From: Nitrospirae bacterium MYbin3
GTDB lineage: Bacteria > Nitrospirota > Thermodesulfovibrionia > Thermodesulfovibrionales > Dissulfurispiraceae
Length of the DNA stretch: 47,124 nt
Reading direction: 5' to 3'
Assembly (NCBI GenBank): GCA_002753335.1
Contig: PEAD01000007.1
Span: forward strand, 62,001-109,124
Shown here: positions 40,820 through 47,124 of the stretch, one piece after another
Position numbering within the stretch: position 1 is the stretch's first letter
Layout of the letters: every line of letters starts with the position of its first letter
Made by a program: the position numbers and the translations under genes
The notes under the pieces: model-generated
What the model was told of the DNA's origin: nothing
The model's input: only the letters and a program-made list of their open reading frames with translations
Databases searched by the model: none

Positions 40820-42946
40820 TCACCTTCTTACGCCTAACACACCTTCTATTTGTGAAATCTTATTTATGACCGTGTTGAGCTGCTCCCTGTCCTTGACCTG
40901 CAGCACTAGTTCCATAAAAGCGCGCTTGTCATTTGTGGAGTTTGCTTTAATTGATGAAATATTAATGTTGGCTGATGAGATAAGGGAACTCAATGCGGCC
41001 ATCAGACCTGGTTTGTCCGCGCACTCTACAAAAATCTTGCTCATGGATAGAATATCGCTGTCTCTGCTCCACTCTACATCTATAAGCTTCTCGCTGCCTG
41101 ATGCAAGGCGTTCTAGATTTTTGCAGTCGCGTCTGTGAATTGTAACGCCTTTGCCCTTCGTTACGAACCCCGCTATTTTATCTCCGGCAACCGGATAACA
41201 GCATTTGCCTAAATAATAAAGCACATTGTCGATACCGGTAATTTTTATTACGTTGTCCTTGCTTACTGCAGGCTTGTGATGCTTATGAATCTGAGCCTCA
41301 TCTGTTTTTTCTTCATCCGTTTTTTCGGGTACCAGCCTATGGACTACCTGATGTACCGAAATTTTTGCGTATCCTACGCCCACATAAAGGTCTTCGAGCG
41401 TCAGAAAGCTGAAAGATTTTAAAACCTCCTGCATCTTTTCGGATTTAAGAATTGAAAGAGGTATCCCGTGCCGCTTGAGTTCGTCTTCGATAAGTTTGTT
41501 GCCGAGCTCGATGCTTTTTGCGCGCTCTTCTGTTTTGATCCATTGTTTGATTCTGTTCTTTGCTCTCTGGGTTGTAACGAACTTAAGCCAGTCTTTGCTC
41601 GGGCCATGCGAAGGGGCTGTTATTATTTCAACCACATCGCCGTTGTTTAATTTGTAACGCAGCGGCACTATGCGGCCGTTGACCTTTGCGCCAACGCATT
41701 TGTGGCCTATCTGCGTATGTATGTCATATGCAAAATCAATGGGAGATGATCCTACAGGCAGCTCTTTGATATCGCCTTTAGGTGTAAAAACATATGCTGT
41801 GTCAGGCACCACCTGACCTTTTACGGCTTCGAGGAACTCTTTGGCGTCGGAGCTTTCTTTTACCAGTTCTCGAAGCCATGCAACGAATTTTGCATTTTTT
41901 GCATCGAGGCTGTCGCCCTGTTTGTAGCGCCAGTGGGCCGCAATACCCTCTTCAGCTATTTCGTTCATGTCCTCTGTTCTTATCTGGAACTCGATCCTGT
42001 CTCCGCCCGGTCCGATTACGGTCGTGTGGAGAGACTGATAATAGTTAGATTTAGGCAGACTTATGAAATCCTTAAACCTGCCCGGCACCAACGGCCACAG
42101 AGAATGGATTATGCCGAGAATGTCGTAACAGTGGCCTACTGTATCGGTCATTATCCGCAGCCCGAAAACATCATGTATCTGCTCAAAGGGGATTTTCTGT
42201 TTTGTCATCTTGTAATAGATGCCGTAGTAATGTTTCAGCCTGCCTTTTATCCTCACAGGTATTCCGGCCGCGGCAAGTTTTTCGGAAACTATATTTTTTA
42301 CTTCGTCTATATACTCTTTTTGATGCTCCCTGCGCTGAGTAACCTTTTTCTGCAAGTCCAAGAAGAGATCAGGCATTAACGTCATGAAGCAGAGATCTTC
42401 TAGTTCTGTCCTGAGCCATCCAATACCAAGCCGGTTGGCAAGCGGCGCATAAATATCCAGTGTTTCTGATGCTATTCTTCTCTTTTTGTCTTCAGACAGA
42501 TATTCGAGCGTTTTCATGTTGTGCAGTCTGTCCGCAAATTTTATGAGTATGACTCTCGCGTCCTTAGACATCGCGAGAAGCATTTTTCTGAAGTTTTCGG
42601 CCTGAGCGTCTTCCTTGGTTTTGAACTCGACCTTGCTAAGTTTTGTCAGTGCCTCGACAAGGAAAGAAATCTCATTCCCGAACATTTCTCTTATATCTTC
42701 AGTATATATGCCGGTGTCTTCAACCGTGTCGTGCAGCAGTCCGGCAGCAACGGTAGGGGTGTCGAGACGCATATCAGCAAGTATATCTGCCACCGCAAGA
42801 GGATGGTGTATGTACGGCGACCCTTCAACCCTTCTCTGGCTGCAGTGAGCTTCTCTAGAGAATATATATGCTTTCTTGATAGTCTCTACATCAGCTTTGG
42901 GATTGTAGGAATAAATTTTTTCGATCAGGCTGTTTATTGTGACCAT
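40820..42946 (-). CDS. spoT: Bifunctional (p)ppGpp synthetase/hydrolase (Rel/SpoT)
   Basis: HD hydrolase LLHDTVED, DRLHNM, synthetase RFKD..YQSLHT..EFQIRT, TGS (VFTPKG..DFAY.IHT), CCYPV, C-terminal ACT. Confidence 0.93.
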   Translation of the reverse strand: MVTINSLIEKIYSYNPKADVETIKKAYIFSREAHCSQRRVEGSPYIHHPLAVADILADMRLDTPTVAAGLLHDTVEDTGIYTEDIREMFGNEISFLVEALTKLSKVEFKTKEDAQAENFRKMLLAMSKDARVILIKFADRLHNMKTLEYLSEDKKRRIASETLDIYAPLANRLGIGWLRTELEDLCFMTLMPDLFLDLQKKVTQRREHQKEYIDEVKNIVSEKLAAAGIPVRIKGRLKHYYGIYYKMTKQKIPFEQIHDVFGLRIMTDTVGHCYDILGIIHSLWPLVPGRFKDFISLPKSNYYQSLHTTVIGPGGDRIEFQIRTEDMNEIAEEGIAAHWRYKQGDSLDAKNAKFVAWLRELVKESSDAKEFLEAVKGQVVPDTAYVFTPKGDIKELPVGSSPIDFAYDIHTQIGHKCVGAKVNGRIVPLRYKLNNGDVVEIITAPSHGPSKDWLKFVTTQRAKNRIKQWIKTEERAKSIELGNKLIEDELKRHGIPLSILKSEKMQEVLKSFSFLTLEDLYVGVGYAKISVHQVVHRLVPEKTDEEKTDEAQIHKHHKPAVSKDNVIKITGIDNVLYYLGKCCYPVAGDKIAGFVTKGKGVTIHRRDCKNLERLASGSEKLIDVEWSRDSDILSMSKIFVECADKPGLMAALSSLISSANINISSIKANSTNDKRAFMELVLQVKDREQLNTVINKISQIEGVLGVRR

Positions 42947-42992
42947 TATGAGTCAATTATAACGCTTTGCAAATATGTTAAGATAGTCCGCT

Positions 42993-44255
42993 ATGGATAA
43001 GCTGATAATCAGAGGCGGGTTGCCATTAAAGGGTGAAGTTGCAATCAGCGGCGCCAAAAACGCTGCGTTGCCTATAATGGCTGCCTCGTTGCTGTCTTCA
43101 GGTGTCCACACGATAAGGCATATCCCGAAGCTCAGGGACGTTATAACTATGGGGAAGATTCTCACAAACATGGGGCTTAATGTTGCGTTTGAGAATGGCA
43201 ATGTCTCGATCAACAGCTCTTCGGTAAGCAACTTTGAAGCGCCATACGATCTCGTAAAAACGATGAGGGCTTCTGTTTTAGTTCTGTGCCCTCTTGTTGC
43301 CAGGTTTGGAAGGGCCCGAGTATCTCTGCCCGGCGGCTGTGCCATCGGTGCACGGCCTATAAACCTGCATCTAATGGGGCTTGAAAAGATGGGCGCAAAG
43401 ATAGAGCTTGAAGAAGGCTATGTGGTAGCGACTGCGGGCAGGCTCAAAGGCGCTTCGATATATTTCGATATTCCTACGGTAACCGGCACCGAAAACCTGA
43501 TGATGGCGGCTGCAATCGCGCAGGGCACGACGATTCTAGAAAATGCGGCTAGAGAGCCTGAAGTGATAGATCTTGCTAACTGCCTTATTTCTATGGGGGC
43601 AAAGATAAAGGGCGCAGGTGAAAGCCTCATAGAAATAGAAGGGGTTGATGAACTCAAACCGATTAGGGATTATCCTGTGATTCCTGACAGGATAGAGACC
43701 GCCACATTTATTTCTATTGCAGGGATAACCGGCGGTGATTTGACTCTTACCGGATGCAGACCTGCCCATATTGATGCGATGATTATGAAGCTTAGAGATG
43801 CAGGCCTTGTGTTCGAAATTACAGAAGACAGCATGAGGGTAAAAGGCCCTGACAGGCCGATAGCAAAGGATGCTAAAACCCAGCCCTATCCAGGATTTCC
43901 TACCGATATGCAGGCTCAGTTCATGTCGCTGATGTCTATTGCGGACGGAACTAGCGTGATCAAGGAAACAATATTCGAGAACAGATTTATGCATGTCGCT
44001 GAACTGAAAAGAATGGGCGCAGATATCATGATAGAAGGCGGTACTGCTACGGTAAAGGGCGTAAGGAGGCTGAAGGGGGCCCATGTAATGGCCACCGACC
44101 TTAGAGCCTCGGCCTCTCTTGTCGTCGCTGCGCTTAAGGCCGAAGGTGAGAGCACCATACACAGGATTTACCACTTAGACAGGGGTTATGAGCAGATGGA
44201 TGAGAAGTTGAGAAAGATAGGAGCACAGATATCAAGGGAGAAGGACAGCGCCTGA
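42993..44255 (+). CDS. murA: UDP-N-acetylglucosamine 1-carboxyvinyltransferase
   Basis: SGAKNAALP, MRAS, LPGGCAIGARP, PYPGFPTDMQAQ, ATDLRA, HLDRGYE. Confidence 0.98.
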   Translation: MDKLIIRGGLPLKGEVAISGAKNAALPIMAASLLSSGVHTIRHIPKLRDVITMGKILTNMGLNVAFENGNVSINSSSVSNFEAPYDLVKTMRASVLVLCPLVARFGRARVSLPGGCAIGARPINLHLMGLEKMGAKIELEEGYVVATAGRLKGASIYFDIPTVTGTENLMMAAAIAQGTTILENAAREPEVIDLANCLISMGAKIKGAGESLIEIEGVDELKPIRDYPVIPDRIETATFISIAGITGGDLTLTGCRPAHIDAMIMKLRDAGLVFEITEDSMRVKGPDRPIAKDAKTQPYPGFPTDMQAQFMSLMSIADGTSVIKETIFENRFMHVAELKRMGADIMIEGGTATVKGVRRLKGAHVMATDLRASASLVVAALKAEGESTIHRIYHLDRGYEQMDEKLRKIGAQISREKDSA

Positions 44256-44257
44256 TT

Positions 44258-45898
44258 ATGGAACGCAAGCTAAGGAAGATATTAGTTGACGCTCTGTCAG
44301 GTTTGGGAATACCTGCAGATAACATTGAAATAGAAGTTCCCAAAGATGCCTTGCATGGTGATTTCTCGACCCCGGTGGCTATGATTCTTTCCAAACAGCT
44401 AAAAAAGTCACCTAAGATTATTGCAGAGGATATAAGAAGCAAGATATCAGGAAGCGACAGCTTTGAGAGCATAGAAATAGCCGGGCCCGGCTTCATAAAT
44501 TTCAGATTCTCAAAAAAGTTTATTGTACTTCAGATGAAAGAGCTTATATCCGGCGGAGACAGTTTTATTGCCGAAAATATAGGCAGGGGAAAGCGTGTGC
44601 AGATAGAGTTTGTGAGCGCCAACCCTACGGGGCCGATGCATTTGGGCCACGGCAGGGGGGCTGCTGTGGGAGCCGCGCTTTCGAATATGCTTAACGCTGC
44701 AGGCTATTCTGTCGAGAAGGAGTTTTATGTAAATGATGCAGGCAGGCAGGTGAAGCTGCTGGGGGAGTCTGTCTTTGCAAGGTACAAAGAGCTTTTGGGG
44801 GTATCATATCCGTTGCCCGAAGATGGCTATAGGGGCGATTATGTTGGGGATGTTGCGAAAGAGCTTAAAAATGAGTACGGGGAGCAATTTAAGTCGATCG
44901 ATTTTGATAAAGCATCTGAAGCCGTAATTGATTTTGCCTACAATAGAATGCTTGATGCAATCAAAAAAGACCTTGCTGACTTCGGCGTGCATTTCGATAC
45001 ATGGCAGAGCGAGAAGGAGCTTTATTCTTTAAACAAGGTTCAGCAGGCTTTGGAGGATTTAAGGGGAAAGGGTTTTGTTTTCGATAATGAAGGTGCAGTA
45101 TGGTTTAAATCAACCGAGTTCGGAGATGACAAGGATAGGGTGGTTGTAAAGAACAATGGCGACTACACATATTTTGCTCCGGATATCGCGTACCACAGGG
45201 ACAAGATTTTAAGGGGCTTTGACGAGCTTATCGATATTTGGGGCGCCGATCATCACGGGTATGTGCCGAGAATGCAGGCGGTGATTCAGGCTCTTGGTCA
45301 TCCCAAGGACAGCCTTAAGGTGATACTTGTACAGATGGTTTCACTTTTAAAGGCAGGCCAGCCTGTGCAGATGTCCAAGCGCGCAGGGGAGTTTATAACG
45401 CTTCGCGAAGTTATTGACGATATCGGACCGGACACCACGAAGTTTCTCTTTTTGACAAGAAGGTCCGACAGCCATCTTGAAGTTGATATCGAGGTGGCAA
45501 AAGCCCAGTCGTCAGAAAATCCGGTTTACTATGTGCAGTACGCTCACGCAAGGATTAACAGCATATTTGCCAAGGCAAAGGAAGAAGCGGGGCTTTCGGC
45601 TGAAGCTTTTAGTGAATTCGATGGAGAACTTCTCAATGATGAAGAACTTGTTCTTGTCAAGAAACTGCTGCTTTATCCTATGGTTTTTAAAAATGCTGTG
45701 TTGGCCCGCGAACCGCACAGAATCACCTATTACCTTCAGGAACTCGCAGGAATGTTTCATCCGTATTACCACCGGCACAAAGTTGTTACTGATGATGCGG
45801 AACTTACAAAAGCCCGCTTAGCGCTGTGCGTGGCGGTGAAGATAGTTTTGAAGCACGGCCTTGAAATGTTGGGCGTTGCCGCTCCTCAAAAGATGTAG
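44258..45898 (+). CDS. argS: Arginine--tRNA ligase
   Basis: AGPGFIN, EFVSANPTGPMHLGHGR, WGADHHGY, MSKRAG, NPVYYVQYAHAR. Confidence 0.98.
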   Translation: MERKLRKILVDALSGLGIPADNIEIEVPKDALHGDFSTPVAMILSKQLKKSPKIIAEDIRSKISGSDSFESIEIAGPGFINFRFSKKFIVLQMKELISGGDSFIAENIGRGKRVQIEFVSANPTGPMHLGHGRGAAVGAALSNMLNAAGYSVEKEFYVNDAGRQVKLLGESVFARYKELLGVSYPLPEDGYRGDYVGDVAKELKNEYGEQFKSIDFDKASEAVIDFAYNRMLDAIKKDLADFGVHFDTWQSEKELYSLNKVQQALEDLRGKGFVFDNEGAVWFKSTEFGDDKDRVVVKNNGDYTYFAPDIAYHRDKILRGFDELIDIWGADHHGYVPRMQAVIQALGHPKDSLKVILVQMVSLLKAGQPVQMSKRAGEFITLREVIDDIGPDTTKFLFLTRRSDSHLEVDIEVAKAQSSENPVYYVQYAHARINSIFAKAKEEAGLSAEAFSEFDGELLNDEELVLVKKLLLYPMVFKNAVLAREPHRITYYLQELAGMFHPYYHRHKVVTDDAELTKARLALCVAVKIVLKHGLEMLGVAAPQKM

Positions 45899-45932
45899 CT
45901 TTGCATCATCGCGATATTTTTTTACATTTTCG

Positions 45933-45961
45933 TTGACAAAGGTTTGGGCTTTGTGTATTCT
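45933..45961 (+). promoter_or_regulatory. sigma70 promoter upstream of rho
   Basis: TTGACA-N17-TATTCT, implying a leader of about 135 nt. Confidence 0.7.
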
Positions 45962-46101
45962 ATACAAAGGTTTCTACCAAAACCTCCAGACCGGGGAGTA
46001 ACCGTAAAAACAAATCACTAATTAAAACAAAATCGAAGTATGTAATCTGCTATTTTTAAACCTTTCAAGAGGTATTTATTTCAGCGAGGGAACATAACAC
46101 T

Positions 46102-47124
46102 ATGGAAAACTTTATATCTATTTCAGAACTCAAAGAAAAAAACGTTGATACTCTTACGCAGATCGCGAGGGATCTCAAGGTTGAAGATGTTACAGGAATG
46201 CGCAAGCAGGAGCTTATATTTTCTATACTTCAAGCTCAGGTTGAGAAAGCAGGCAATGTTTACGGCGCAGGCGTGCTCGAAATACTTCCGGATGGTTTCG
46301 GTTTCTTACGCGCCACAGATTACAGCTACCTGCCAAGTCCAGACGACATATATGTTTCCCCTTCACAGATAAGACGTTTTTCTCTTAGGACGGGTGATTA
46401 CGTATCTGGCCAGATTAGGCCTCCTAAAGAAAGTGAACGCTATTTTGCTCTTCTCAAAGTTGAAAACATAAATGGTGAATCAACAGAAAACAATATCAGC
46501 AGAGCGCTTTTTGACAATAGAACACCATATTACCCTGTAGAAAAGATGCAGCTTGAGTACGATGGAAGCGACTTTTCTATGCGGGTTATGGATCTGATAA
46601 CCCCTATCGGCAAAGGGCAGAGAGGGCTTGTTGTGGCTGCTCCCAGAACCGGAAAGACTATGCTTCTTCAATCCATAGCCAAGGCCATAAAAAAGAACCA
46701 CAAAGAGATTCATCTTATGATACTGCTGATTGACGAGCGTCCTGAAGAGGTTACGGACTGGAAAAGGCAGGTAAACACCGCAGAGATAATCAGCTCAACC
46801 TTTGACGAGCCGCCGCAGCGCCATTGTCAGGTTTCTGAAATGGTGATCGAAAGGGCAAAGAGGCTTGTAGAAACAAAAAAAGATGTAGTCATACTGCTTG
46901 ATAGCCTTACAAGACTTGCAAGGGCTTACAATACAATTACCCCGGCCAGCGGAAAAGTATTGTCCGGTGGAATCGATGCGAATGCCCTTCAAAAACCGAA
47001 AAGATTTTTCGGTACAGCGAGAAATATCGAGGAAGGCGGCAGTCTTACAATTCTTGCAACCGCGCTTGTGGATACAGGCAGCAGAATGGATGACGTGATA
47101 TTTGAAGAGTTCAAGGGCACCGGC
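46102..47124 (+). CDS. rho: Transcription termination factor Rho (3' end truncated by window edge)
   Basis: Translated manually from ATG 46102: [69 protein letters not shown]. Absent from the ORF track because there is no stop in the window. Confidence 0.97.
   Translation, partial: MENFISISELKEKNVDTLTQIARDLKVEDVTGMRKQELIFSILQAQVEKAGNVYGAGVLEILPDGFGFLRATDYSYLPSPDDIYVSPSQIRRFSLRTGDYVSGQIRPPKESERYFALLKVENINGESTENNISRALFDNRTPYYPVEKMQLEYDGSDFSMRVMDLITPIGKGQRGLVVAAPRTGKTMLLQSIAKAIKKNHKEIHLMILLIDERPEEVTDWKRQVNTAEIISSTFDEPPQRHCQVSEMVIERAKRLVETKKDVVILLDSLTRLARAYNTITPASGKVLSGGIDANALQKPKRFFGTARNIEEGGSLTILATALVDTGSRMDDVIFEEFKGTG

Overview
This is a 47 kb chromosomal segment of an anaerobic bacterium. 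The 16S sequence and gene content point to Nitrospirota, Thermodesulfovibrionia-like (inferred, not database-checked). Most of it is housekeeping: tldD, lpxC, pckG, trpS, a ThiF/MoeB enzyme, hemL, ilvE, a MoxR-DUF58-transglutaminase operon, tRNA-Gly/Cys, a TatD-radical SAM fusion, trpC, rfaE1, a full 16S-Ile-Ala-23S-5S operon, HU, rel, murA, argS and partial rho. The most interesting part is a ~10.8 kb respiratory/metal cluster (9163-19923). Its minus-strand arm encodes a His-rich beta-propeller-like monoheme protein, a MacB/LolCDE-type ABC system, a DUF2318 Cys-rich lipoprotein, a leaderless small membrane protein ending in a KPP motif, and a pentaheme cytochrome that the ORF track splits in two but which reads through an in-frame UGA followed by a SECIS-like hairpin (ExtKL-type selenoprotein). 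The divergent arm encodes hemL, an ~11-heme cytochrome and a cytochrome c/NrfC/NrfD quinol oxidoreductase module. Other notable items are a 24-aa histone-H1-like PAKK microprotein missed by the ORF track, a tandem kinase/pseudokinase-like protein directly after PEPCK, ~117-118-nt hairpin insertions in both 16S and 23S rRNA, a sigma54 promoter on lpxC, and a probable non-canonical ATA start. No mobile elements or CRISPR arrays were seen.
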